NCBI GenBank assembly: GCA_044223005.1
Contig: JBGAML010000022.1
Location: 3,934 to 67,933, forward strand
Direction of reading: 5' to 3'
DNA length: 64,000 nt
From: Candidatus Eiseniibacteriota bacterium
GTDB lineage: Bacteria; Eisenbacteria; RBG-16-71-46
Shown piece by piece: positions 1 to 9,800 of the stretch. Position 1 is the first letter of the stretch. Each line of letters starts with the position of its first letter. The notes below the pieces were generated by a model, which made no database searches, had not been told where the DNA came from, and worked only from the letters and a program-made list of their open reading frames with translations. Both the position numbers and the translations under genes were made by a program.

Positions 1-281
1 CGCCACGCGGGTGCGAGCCAGGCGAACGGGCCGCGGCGCGACGCGCGCGCCGGGGCGGGCTGCGGTGCCACGAGATCGTCGATGAACGCGTCGAGCCGCG
101 CGCCGGCCTCGGCCGCGTGCGCTTCGGCGGGCAGCACTTCGGGGCGCGTGAACTCGGCGAGCGCCGAACGGCGCGCGCGGCAGCGCGGGCACCGCGCGAC
201 GTGCCGGAGTTCCGGCGCGTCGGCGGGAAGCGAGTCGAGCGCCGCCAGCTGCTCGATGGGGATGCAGTCCGTTCGGTCCAC
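1..281 (-). CDS. Zinc-binding anti-sigma factor (ZAS/zf-HC2-like), 3' end beyond the window edge
   Basis: Not in the ORF track. Manual translation from GTG at 281 (GGGAGG upstream) gives MDRTDCIPIEQLAALDSLPADAPELRHVARCPRCRARR, containing HxxxCxxC. Directly downstream of the ECF sigma; open to base 1. Confidence 0.8.
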   Translation of the reverse strand, partial: MDRTDCIPIEQLAALDSLPADAPELRHVARCPRCRARRSALAEFTRPEVLPAEAHAAEAGARLDAFIDDLVAPQPAPARASRRGPFAWLAPAW

Positions 282-295
282 GCTGCGCCCTCCCG

Positions 296-856
296 TCACC
301 CGTCCAGCGCCGCGCGCAGCTTGCGGCGCGCGGTCTGCAGCATGCCTCGTGCGCCCGAGATGCCGGGCACGCCGAGGACACGCGTGATGTCTTCGATGCT
401 CATCTCCTCGTAGGCCCGCAACCAGAGCGCCGTCTGTTCTTCCGGAGAGAGCACGTCGCGCATCGCGGCGAGCACGCGCTCCTCGTCGAACTTCCGCTCG
501 GTTCGTTCCTCCGGCGTCTCCGCATCGTCGGAGACGCGTTCGGCTTCTTCCCACTCCACGCGCACCGGACGGCTCCGCCGCAGTTCGGACAGGCAGCGAT
601 TCCGCACGATCGCGAACATCCACGACGACACGCGCGCGCGAGGTTCGAAGCCCGGCAGCGCGCGATGGATGAGCACCAGGCAGTCCTGCGCGAGGTCCTC
701 GGCCAGCTCGCGATCGCGCACCATCCGCCAGCACCAGGCGTAGATGGACGCGCGCCAGCGCTTCAGCAACTCCGACGCCGCCTTCCGGGCCATGTCCGAC
801 CCGGCGGCCGACTGGATCCGTTGGACGAGTTCTTCGTCGCTGCGGAGGTCGGTCAT
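296..856 (-). CDS. ECF-family RNA polymerase sigma factor
   Basis: 186 aa; region 2 motifs AEDLAQD and SWMFAIVRN; region 4 LSPEEQTALWLRAYEEMSIEDITRVLG...ARRKLR. Confidence 0.93.
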   Translation of the reverse strand: MTDLRSDEELVQRIQSAAGSDMARKAASELLKRWRASIYAWCWRMVRDRELAEDLAQDCLVLIHRALPGFEPRARVSSWMFAIVRNRCLSELRRSRPVRVEWEEAERVSDDAETPEERTERKFDEERVLAAMRDVLSPEEQTALWLRAYEEMSIEDITRVLGVPGISGARGMLQTARRKLRAALDG

Positions 857-860
857 CGAA

Positions 861-889
861 TTGAACGCGCGGGGCCGGCCGGAATCACA
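861..889 (-). promoter_or_regulatory. Putative autoregulatory ECF promoter TGTGAT-N16-CGTTCAA
   Basis: Minus strand reads TGTGAT tccggccggccccgcg CGTTCAA ttcg ATG. No RBS, so probably leaderless. Same motif and spacing at 10933-10961. Confidence 0.7.
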
Positions 890-957
890 TCGGGGAGCAT
901 GATGCCGCTCATGTTACCGCATGCCCGGGTGCGGTTTCCCCCGCCGGGGCGGCTAAG

Positions 958-3645
958 TCACGGCAGGATCGGCAGGATGGCCGGGCCCCGCGGGCGAACC
1001 GTCACCCGGGCCTCGGGATCGCCCCAGAGGACGAAGGCCGCCCAGGCGGCCGGACTGCGGGTCCCGGGATCGGCCGCGAGTTCGCGCCGGGCCGCGCTCA
1101 GGGCGGCCGCGACCGTCTGGCCGCGCTCCAGCTGGCGGTAGAACGCGCGCGAGAACGCGGCGGCGCCCCGGTCGTCGACCGGCCAGATCGAGGACACGAC
1201 CGCCGGCGCCCCGGCGGCGAGGAACGCCGTCGACAGCCCGGAAGCGCCCTCGTTGCCGAACTTGCCGTAGGCGGTGCCGCTGCACGAGGTGAGCACCACG
1301 AGCTTCGCCGCCAGCGGCTGCCCGGCCAGGTCGCGGGCGGTGAGCTGGGCCTCGTCGCTGTCGCCCTTCCCCAGCAGCAGCGCCGAGCTCCAGGGATCCT
1401 CGCGCGGCACGTCGGCATGAGCGGCGACGTGCAGCACGTCCCCGCGCGCGAGCCACGGCGTCACCTGGCCGAGCGGCCGGTCGCCGCCGTGCACGATCCC
1501 GCGCGCGCCGAAGCGGGCCGCGAGCCAGCGCGTCTCCTCCCGCACGCCGGGCAGTTCGCGCCCGGCGGGGCCGGTGGAGCGCGCGACCTGCACGACGCGC
1601 GCATCGCGCACCTGCACCGAACCGCGCGCGCGCCGATGCGCGAGCCAATTGGCCGAGGGCAGGTAGGCGGTCTCGTGATCGTTCGCGCCCGCGGCCCGGA
1701 AGAGCAGGCCGAAGGGCACGATCCCGACCATCGAGCTCGGCACCACGAGTACGCGACGCGACGCGCACAGCCGCTCGTACGCCGGTCCCGCGAGCGTGCG
1801 GCCGATGGCCTCCGTCACCGCACGATCCGGTCCGGAGTCGCTCGTGCGGACGAGCGCCTGCAGGCGTTCGAGCCGCTCGAGCAACGGACCATCGGCGTCG
1901 ATCCAGTGTGCGATGACGCCGCTCCGGTCCACGACGAACGCCAGCGTCGTGTCGTTGCGCGAGCTGTAGAAATCGATCAGCGCTTCGCCGGGCCGCAGCA
2001 CGCGCCCGCGCAGCTCCGCGGACGTGACGAACGTGGCGCTGGAACCCGCCGACCCCGAATCGCGCGCCGAGAGCCGGAACTGCAACGCCCGCGCCTTGAA
2101 GCGCTGCAGTGCGTCGAACGCGTCGGCGGCGCGCGAGGACTCGGTGCCGCCGCGGCGTGGATCGAGCAGGATTCGCGCGGTCTCGACCGAGAGCGAGCCC
2201 GAGCCGTTGCCGATCACCTCGAGCCAGTCGGCGCTGCGCGTGGCGGCGCGGGCGCGTTCCCACGCGCGCGCGCCTTCGCGGGCGGCGAGCGCCGCACCGT
2301 CGAGGTCTCCCAGCTGGCGGCGGGCACGCGCCCGTTCGACCTCGGCCGTGACCCGCGCGGGATCGCGCAGCCCGGGACGGCCGATCGAGGTCTCGAACGC
2401 GGCGAGCGCCGCCAGCGCCTCGGCCGGATGCCCGCAGCTGTTCTCGGCGCGCGCGCGCACGATGCGCATCGCGTCGACGATCGCGCCGCTCTCGGGCAGC
2501 CGGTAGCGAGCCGGCGCCTCGCGCAGCATCGTCCGGCATTCCTCGGCGCGCCGGGTCTCCAGGAGCACGAGGCCGAGCTGGTTCAGAGCGTTCGCCACCT
2601 CGTCGGCGGCGAGCGAGTCGGCGCGCGCCAGCTGCGCCCGCAGGATCTGCTCGGCTTCCGCGTAGCGGTATTGCGCGCGGCGCGCCACCGCGAGCTGCGT
2701 CCGCAGCTCGTCGCGGGCCTCGGCGTCACCGGGCGAAGCGGGGCGTGCGAGCTCGGTCTCGAGCAGCGACACCGCCTCCTCCGTGCGGCCCTGGTTCACG
2801 AGCAGGATGGCGAGGTTGCCGAGCTGCCTCAGGACCGGCCGGCCGGCGCGCCGGTTGAGCGCGAGCGAGTAGCTCCAGAACGCCGCGGCGTGCGCGGGAT
2901 CGCCGTGCTCGGACTCGATCACGCCGAGGTTGTTCCACGCGTCGGCCTCGTCGTAGAGATCGCCGAGCGCGTGGGCGCGAGCGATCACCTCGCGATAGGC
3001 CGCCTTCGCGCCCGCGAGGTCGTCGAGCACGTAGAGGGCACGCGCCAGCCCGACGCGCGCCGAGAACTCGCTCGCTCGCTCGGGCGAACGCTGGAGCAGC
3101 GCGACGGCAGCGCGGTAGCCGGTGGCCGCGGCGCGCGAGCGGCCGGCCTGGAGGTCGAGGTACGCGAGCCCGAGGCGCGCGTTGCCCTCGAGCCCGGGCT
3201 GGCGCAGGGCGCGTGCGAGCGGCAACAGCTGGCGGTAGACCGGCGCGGCGTCCGCGAACCGCGAGCGGAACGCGTGCGCCCGGCCGATCACGAGCAGCGC
3301 GCGCGCCCACGTGAGCGTGTCGCCCATCGCGCGCGCCGCGGAGATCGCGGTCTGCGCGTCGCGCACGGCGTCGTCGTAGCGGCGGAAGAAGACCCACGCG
3401 CTCGCGCGCCGGACCGTGGCCGCGTTTTCGAGCGCGCGATCGCCGTTCGCGTGCGCCGCCGCCACGAGCGAATCGAGCCGGGCGTTCGCCCGCGCGACCT
3501 GGCCACGCGCGTACAGCGTGTCGACCCCGGCGAGCGACGCCTCGATCGCCGCGCGACCGGTCGCGGCGGAGGCAGGCGGTGCGGAGCCCACGACGGCGAT
3601 CGCGAGCAGGGCGAGACACCCGATGAAGACGGATCGGTGGGACAT
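958..3645 (-). CDS. Exported TPR-repeat CHAT-domain (caspase-like) protease
   Basis: N-terminal signal-like sequence, TPR-like helices (AWNNLGVI, LGNLAILL, ALNQLGLV), C-terminal CHAT with VLHVAAHA (His), LVVLTSC (Cys), GLSTAFLAAGA, SIWPVDD, PAAWAAF. Confidence 0.9.
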   Translation of the reverse strand: MSHRSVFIGCLALLAIAVVGSAPPASAATGRAAIEASLAGVDTLYARGQVARANARLDSLVAAAHANGDRALENAATVRRASAWVFFRRYDDAVRDAQTAISAARAMGDTLTWARALLVIGRAHAFRSRFADAAPVYRQLLPLARALRQPGLEGNARLGLAYLDLQAGRSRAAATGYRAAVALLQRSPERASEFSARVGLARALYVLDDLAGAKAAYREVIARAHALGDLYDEADAWNNLGVIESEHGDPAHAAAFWSYSLALNRRAGRPVLRQLGNLAILLVNQGRTEEAVSLLETELARPASPGDAEARDELRTQLAVARRAQYRYAEAEQILRAQLARADSLAADEVANALNQLGLVLLETRRAEECRTMLREAPARYRLPESGAIVDAMRIVRARAENSCGHPAEALAALAAFETSIGRPGLRDPARVTAEVERARARRQLGDLDGAALAAREGARAWERARAATRSADWLEVIGNGSGSLSVETARILLDPRRGGTESSRAADAFDALQRFKARALQFRLSARDSGSAGSSATFVTSAELRGRVLRPGEALIDFYSSRNDTTLAFVVDRSGVIAHWIDADGPLLERLERLQALVRTSDSGPDRAVTEAIGRTLAGPAYERLCASRRVLVVPSSMVGIVPFGLLFRAAGANDHETAYLPSANWLAHRRARGSVQVRDARVVQVARSTGPAGRELPGVREETRWLAARFGARGIVHGGDRPLGQVTPWLARGDVLHVAAHADVPREDPWSSALLLGKGDSDEAQLTARDLAGQPLAAKLVVLTSCSGTAYGKFGNEGASGLSTAFLAAGAPAVVSSIWPVDDRGAAAFSRAFYRQLERGQTVAAALSAARRELAADPGTRSPAAWAAFVLWGDPEARVTVRPRGPAILPILP

Positions 3646-3961
3646 GGGGACTCGAACGGGGGGGGGACGCGTCGGCGTGGGTCCCGGGCGAGGGGTTGAC
3701 CCACCGGAATCCGATGGAAACTAGCGGCTGCCCGGCCCCTCGGCCAGTCGGGACGAACCGGGGCACCCGACCTTCGTCCGCCGGAGCCGAGAATGGGTCA
3801 CACCCGGGGCTTTCGCGAGTAGTTCCCCCATCGGATGCGCGGCCGAGGGGCCTCCTCGCGGCCGACCCACTCGCGACCGGCCGGGCCCGCAGGCCCTCCC
3901 TGGTCGTCGCTGCCGGCCGGGCGCTGCGCGTGCCCACGCCGGCGTGCTCCCGGAGGACACG

Positions 3962-4831
3962 ATGCGACTGGTTCCGCTGGTTCGGTTCGGCTCCCGGCGC
4001 CGCGGCGCCATCGGCGGCGCCCTCGCGCTCGCCCTCGTGGTCCTGATCGGCATCACGGCCGGCGACGTGCATCGTCGCCGCGCGACCGGCCCGATCGAAT
4101 GCGTCTCGACCCAGGTCGCGGAGGCGGCGTCGCTGCCCGGCGGCCCGGACCGCATGGGCATGGTGGACTGGTTCGCCACGCACCCCGAGAACCGCCCCGC
4201 GGTGCGCGCGAGCGCGAACGCCGCGGTCACGGATTCCTTCCTCGTCCAGGGATTCACGTTCGTGCACGCCACCACCGGCCTGCAGGACACGGCGTTCGTG
4301 TTCGAGGGCGACGGCGTGAAGTGGAACTGGGTCGTGGGTTCGCACACGATCACCGACGGCACCGGCGGGCTCGACCCGAATGCGGGGTTGATGTTCGACG
4401 CGGCCAGCTCGACGTTCGCGCGCTCGTTCACGTTCTTCTTCCCCACCGCCGGCGTGTATCCCTTCTTCTGCCGCATCCACGAGACCTTCGGCATGAAGGG
4501 CGTCGTGGTGGTGAAGCCCCATCCCGCCGGCGTCGCGCCCGGCGCCGCCGGCGGCGAGGGCTTCGCGCGACCGCCATTCCCGAACCCGGCGCGGGGCTCG
4601 TCCAGCTTCCGGCTCGCGATGGCGCGCCCGGGCCGGGTCGCGCTGACGATTCTCGACGCGCAGGGCCGTCGCGTGGCGACCGTGCTCGACGGCGACCACG
4701 CCGCCGGCACGTTCGACGCCACGTGGAACGGGCTCACCGCTGCCGGCCGCACCGCCGCGCCCGGGCGTTACCTCGCCCGGCTCGAGATGCCCGGCCTGAT
4801 GCAGACGCGCGCGCTCACCCTGATTCGCTGA
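3962..4831 (+). CDS. Secreted cupredoxin (type 1 copper) protein with C-terminal FlgD-Ig-like domain
   Basis: GGAGG before ATG 3962; N-terminal hydrophobic segment; GSHTIT...YPFFCRIHETFGMKGVVVV supplies His/Cys/His/Met ligands; PFPNP...ILDAQGRRV...WNG...GRYLARL tail. Confidence 0.8.
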   Translation: MRLVPLVRFGSRRRGAIGGALALALVVLIGITAGDVHRRRATGPIECVSTQVAEAASLPGGPDRMGMVDWFATHPENRPAVRASANAAVTDSFLVQGFTFVHATTGLQDTAFVFEGDGVKWNWVVGSHTITDGTGGLDPNAGLMFDAASSTFARSFTFFFPTAGVYPFFCRIHETFGMKGVVVVKPHPAGVAPGAAGGEGFARPPFPNPARGSSSFRLAMARPGRVALTILDAQGRRVATVLDGDHAAGTFDATWNGLTAAGRTAAPGRYLARLEMPGLMQTRALTLIR

Positions 4832-4887
4832 CCCCCTCACTCACCCGATCGCGCGGGACGGCCGGATGCCGTCCCGCCGGAGGATCC

Positions 4888-6123
4888 ATGCGTTCGATCG
4901 CTCGCGCGCTGGTCGCGCTGGCGCTGTGCTCGATGGTGCTCCCCTGGACCGCACGCCGCGGCGAGGGCCTGCCGCTCTACGCCGCGCGCACGGGCCTCAT
5001 GTGCCAGAGCTGCCACTTCGATCCCAACGGCGGTGGGCCGCGCACCGACTTCGGCTTCGCCTTCGCGAGCCATCGTCACACGATCGAACCCGAGACGACC
5101 GGCACCTGGAAGGACCTCGCGCTCACGAACCGCGTCTCGGAATCGATGCCGGTCTACTTCGGCCTCGACCAGCGATTCATGCTGCTCTCGAACGCGAACG
5201 TCACCTCGTCGCCGGCCGAGCGCGCGGGCTTCTTCAACATGGAGAACGCGCTCTACGTGTCGTTCCAGCCGCACCCGCGGCTGGCCCTCGTCTACAGCCG
5301 CGACGCCTTCAACGACGCGACGCTGGCGCAGGACGCGTTCGGCGTGATCTCGGGCTTCCCGCTCGACGGCTACCTGAAGGCGGGCCGCTTCCGCACGCCG
5401 TTCGGCCTGCGCATGGACGATCACACCGTGGCCACGCGCGAGGGCTACCTGAACCTCACGGGCGGGCCCGCGTTCCTGCCCTATGATCCTCGCTTCCCCG
5501 ACATGGGCGTCGAGATCGGCGGCGACCATGGCAGCGTCTTCGGCCGCGCAGCGTTCACGAACGGCAATTCCAACGTCTTCGGGCCGCAGCCCTTCGCGCA
5601 CACCGCCACCGCCAAGCTCGGCGTCAACCTGCCGTGGGTGCAGACCGCGGTCTCGGTGCACGACGACTACGAGAAGAACGCCAAGTTCCCCTTCCGCCGC
5701 GCACGGCGCTGGAGCACGTACGCGCTCACGCACTGGAAGCGGCTGGTGTTCATCGGCGAAGTGGGCGCGGGCACCGACGACTTCGCGAAGAAGGACATCC
5801 GCGGCGCGCACAACAACCTGCTCGCGGGCTTCGGCGAGATCGACTGGACGGTGAACCGCGCGCTCAACCTGCGCGTGCGCGCCGACCACCTGGAGACCAG
5901 CCGTGACGGCACGGAGTTCACGCGCCCGGACGGCTCGATGGTGTCGATCCAGGACGTGAGCTCGTTCGATCGCTGGTCGCTGGAAGGCGAGATCCTCCCC
6001 GTTCCGTTCGGCGAGATCCGCGCCTCGTACCGCGTCATCTCGCCCGTCGCGAAGACCGACATCGCGGGCGAGAAGGTCCGCACCGAGCGGCAGGGCTACC
6101 TGCAGTTCCACTTCAGCTACTAG
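4888..6123 (+). CDS. Cyc2-like monoheme cytochrome c fused to an outer-membrane beta-barrel
   Basis: GGAGG before ATG 4888; signal peptide, then LPLYAARTGLMCQSCHFDPNGGGPRTDFG with a single CxxCH; remainder is amphipathic beta-strand-like and ends YLQFHFSY (aromatic terminal residue). Confidence 0.72.
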   Translation: MRSIARALVALALCSMVLPWTARRGEGLPLYAARTGLMCQSCHFDPNGGGPRTDFGFAFASHRHTIEPETTGTWKDLALTNRVSESMPVYFGLDQRFMLLSNANVTSSPAERAGFFNMENALYVSFQPHPRLALVYSRDAFNDATLAQDAFGVISGFPLDGYLKAGRFRTPFGLRMDDHTVATREGYLNLTGGPAFLPYDPRFPDMGVEIGGDHGSVFGRAAFTNGNSNVFGPQPFAHTATAKLGVNLPWVQTAVSVHDDYEKNAKFPFRRARRWSTYALTHWKRLVFIGEVGAGTDDFAKKDIRGAHNNLLAGFGEIDWTVNRALNLRVRADHLETSRDGTEFTRPDGSMVSIQDVSSFDRWSLEGEILPVPFGEIRASYRVISPVAKTDIAGEKVRTERQGYLQFHFSY

Positions 6124-6292
6124 GCGGCACTTTCCGCGCTCCACGGGAGTGTCACCCACCGCGGCGCGGCCGGTCTTCGGACCGCGCCGCGCCGTGCGCT
6201 ATCCTGACGGCCGCGTTCCCCCGCCCCGGCGTTCCGGGGCACCACCGTCCGCGCGCTCGCGCGCGCTCACGTGCCGCAGGAGTGTCGCTCGC

Positions 6293-6820
6293 ATGTCCGC
6301 CCCGAATCCCTCGCCGCGTCGCGCCCCGTCTCCCTGGCTCTGGCTGCTGCTCGTCCCGGTCGCGCTGATCCTGGGCCGCGTGGTCGGCGGCATGAACGTC
6401 TCGCCCGTGCATCACGGCACCGCGACCGAGTCGGCGGCGGCCGGCGGCGTGCGCTGGACGTCGCTCGCCGACGCCGAGGCGGAGGCGAAGCGCACGGGCA
6501 AGCCGGTACTCTACGACTTCAACGCCGACTGGTGCCCGCCCTGCCAGGCGATGAAGCACCAGATGTTCGAGAATCCCGCCGACGCGCGCGCGATCGAAGC
6601 GGTGGTCGTGCCCGTCTCGGTCGTGGACCGCTACAAGGAGAATGGCGCCAACCCGCCCGAGATCGAGGCGCTGCAGCAGCGCTTCCAGATCTACGCGTTC
6701 CCGACGCTGATCGTGCTCTCGCCCACCACCGGCCGGTTCGTGAAGCGCGAAGGCTTCGACGGCGCCGCATCGACGCGCGAGTGGATCGCGCAAGCGGCGG
6801 CGAGCCTGAAATCGTCGTAG
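6293..6820 (+). CDS. Membrane-anchored thioredoxin-family protein
   Basis: AGGAG before ATG 6293; N-terminal TM; KPVLYDFNADWCPPCQAM and cis-Pro loop AFPT. Confidence 0.85.
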   Translation: MSAPNPSPRRAPSPWLWLLLVPVALILGRVVGGMNVSPVHHGTATESAAAGGVRWTSLADAEAEAKRTGKPVLYDFNADWCPPCQAMKHQMFENPADARAIEAVVVPVSVVDRYKENGANPPEIEALQQRFQIYAFPTLIVLSPTTGRFVKREGFDGAASTREWIAQAAASLKSS

Positions 6821-6832
6821 CGCGCGGAACGT

Positions 6833-6875
6833 GAAACGGCGCCGGCCCCACGCGGGGCCCGGCGCCGTTTCGTTT
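6833..6875. terminator. Probable bidirectional intrinsic terminator
   Basis: GAAACGGCGCCGGCCCC acgc GGGGCCCGGCGCCGTTTC followed by GTTT, between convergent genes. Confidence 0.75.
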
Positions 6876-6886
6876 CCGCGTCGGGA

Positions 6887-9800
6887 TCAGCGAACGCGCG
6901 TCACGCGCGTGCCGACCTCTCGGCCCATGGCCTCGAGCCGGACGAAGTAGACGCCCGCGGGCGTGGGGACGCCCTGGCCGTCGTTGCCGTCCCAGAGCAG
7001 CTCCTGGGGACCCGCGGGGCGCCAGCCGTCGACCAGCGTGCGCACGCGGCGGCCCTGCACGTCCTGCACGGTGAGCCGCGCCATGCCCCCGTGCGGCAGC
7101 GTGAAGCTGAGCCGGCTGCCGCCGCGCGTGGGATTCGGCGCACCGGGCGCGAGCGCGACCAGTTCCGCGGCGTCGACCGCGGGCTCCACCGCGAGCACGG
7201 GGCCGTTCATGCGGAAGTCGCCTTCGTTGACGCCGTTGCCCGGCATCGAGAACCACGGCGTGCGCGGGAAGTAGGGCGACTTGGAGAGGATCCGCGCGCG
7301 CCAGTGCGACGGATCGTTCACCGCGGCGCTGCTCGCTGCGAGACCCATCGGGAATGGCGCACCGAGATCGGCGAGCCCCCACGCGGTGAGCGTCGTGCCG
7401 CTGCCGTTCATCACCTGGTTGCGACCCTTGAGCTCCATCTGCATGCGCACGCGGCCGCGACCCTTCGCGGTCCACGGCCGCAGCTCGCCATAGATCCCGG
7501 GCGATGCCGCGCGGCCGAGCGTACTGACGGTCGTGAGCAGGCAGAGGCTCGGGCACGCCTGGTACTGGAAGATCTGCCGCGGGATGCCCTGCTGGTTGCC
7601 GAGGTAGAGCGCGGCATGCCCGGCGCGGTAGTCGAAGAAGCTCACGTCGTAGCCCGGCTCGCCCACCATCACGTCGGCGAAGCCGTCACCGTTCACGTCG
7701 CCCGCAGGCGCCACGATGTGGCCGACGTTGCTGTAGGGCGCGAGGCCGTCCACGGTCCACGAGGCGTTGGCCGCGAGGCCGGCCGCGCCGCCGCGGTAGA
7801 GGTAGACGCGCCCGCAGTCGGGACCACCCGCGCCGTCGTGGAAGACCGCGCCCACCAGCAGGTCGGTGAAGCCGTCGTCGTCCACGTCGCCCGCGCTGGA
7901 GATGGCGGCACCGTAGCCGTCGTAGGCTTCGTCGCCGTCGTGGGCCCACGACGCCGTCGCCGGCAGGCCGAAGGCGCCGCCGAAGAAGGCCTCGACGCGG
8001 CCGGCATCGACGATCGACGAATCCCAGCCGTTGAAACCGACCAGAACGTCGGAGAAGCCATCGCCGTTCACGTCCGCCATCGCGGTCGAGGCGCCGAAGA
8101 GCGCGGAGTTCTGGCCCGTCACCGTGTGCGTCCAGCCCACCTCGTGGCGGAGCCCCTTCTCGCCCGCGAGATTGCCGTCGGCGATGCCGTAGTAGAGCGA
8201 GACGCGGCCCGCGTCGGTGTCGGTGCCGTTGTCCCAGCCCGATGCGCCCACCACCAGGTCGCTCAGGCCGTCGCGGTTCACGTCGCCACCACCCGCGACC
8301 GACGAGCCGAACTGCGCGCCCGCCTGGCCACCCGAGTCCGACCACGCGGGCGTCGCCGCAAGCGTGCCGCCCTGGCCGAGGTAGACGCACGCATAGCCCT
8401 GGTCCGTCAGCGTGCCGTCGTAGCCCGACGCGCTGACGAAGATGTCGCCGAGACCGTCGCCGTTCAGGTCACCTGCCGAGCCGCAGCGGTAGCCGAAGTA
8501 GCTCGTGGGCCCGGGGCCGGAGGCGGACCAGATCGCGCTGCCCGCGGGCAGGCCACCGAGGTTGCCCTTCCACATCTGCACGCGGCCGATGTTGTTCCAC
8601 GTGTGCGAGGCGACGAGCAGGTCGCCGTAGCCGTCGTTGTTCACGTCGCCCGCGGGCGCGACGCACACGCCCATGTTCTCGCCCGCCACCGCGCCCAGGC
8701 GCTGCCACGACGGACTCGCCGCCACGCCGGTCGCGTTGCCGTAGTAGACGAACACCGCGCCGCCGTCGGCCGAGCCCGCGTCCCAGCCGGGCGCGCCGAC
8801 GGCCACGTCGCCGTAGCCATCGCCGTTCACGTCGCCGACACCGGACACGGACCAGCCGAGCACGTCCTGCGCGAGCTGGCCGTACGCGTTCCACGTCGCC
8901 GTGGTGGAGATGCCCTGCGAGCCGCCCAGGTAGCAGTAGGCCGCGCCGGACTTGAGCGTCGAGCCGTTGAGGTTCGAGTAGCCGGCGCCGACCAGCACGT
9001 CGCTGAAGCCGTCGCCGTTCACGTCGCCCGCGGTGGCCACCACGTTGGCGAACAGGTCGGTCGTGACCGCGGTCGTGACGCTCCAGATCGGCGATGCGTT
9101 GAACGCGCCGGGGCCACCGCCGTAGACGAACGCGGTGCCGGGGCCGCCGAACACGGGCTCGCCCACGAGCAGGTCCGCGTAGCCGTCGCCGTTCACGTCG
9201 CCCGCGGTGGCGACGCTGCTGCCGAAGTAGGCGTTCGCGACGTTGGATTCGAGCAGCGCGGGCGCGTGGTCGAGGCCGCTGCCGCTGCCATGGTAGATCG
9301 CGATGCGGCCTTCGAACGCCTGGCCACCCGCGAAATTGGGCGCGCCGATGCAGAGGTCCGAGTAGCCGTCGCCGTTCATGTCGCCGATGCCGCAGACCGT
9401 GTAGCCCCACTTGGAATAGATCTGGCCGTCGGTCTCGATCCACGAGGGCGAGAGCGTCGGCAGGTAGGGCGACGCGGCGCTGCCGTGGAACACGTACGTG
9501 TAGCCGATCAGCGTCGGCACCGCCGGCGCGCCGATGAAGACGTCGTCGTAGCCGTCGCCGTTCACGTCGCCGGCGCAACCCACCGACCAGCCGAACTGGA
9601 GCGCGAGGCTGTTCGACTCGAACTGCCACGTCGCCGTGCTCTGCAGCGGCGGGATGGAACCGCCCACGAACAGAAACGCGGCGCCTTCGCGGTCGGTCGG
9701 GTTGGTCCAGTGCGGCGCGCCCACGATCACGTCGGCGAAGCCGTCGCCGTTGACGTCGCCCGCGGTCGAGACGCAGTCGCCGAAGTAGGCGTTGGCGAGT

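Noticed and set aside
1-3645. Type III-E CRISPR (Craspase) locus
   Set aside because: No Cas7-11, other cas genes or array in the window, and the CHAT protein appears to be exported.
3835-4887. N-terminal extension of the cytochrome-porin ORF
   Set aside because: Overlaps the cupredoxin gene in another frame; RBS and signal peptide support ATG 4888.
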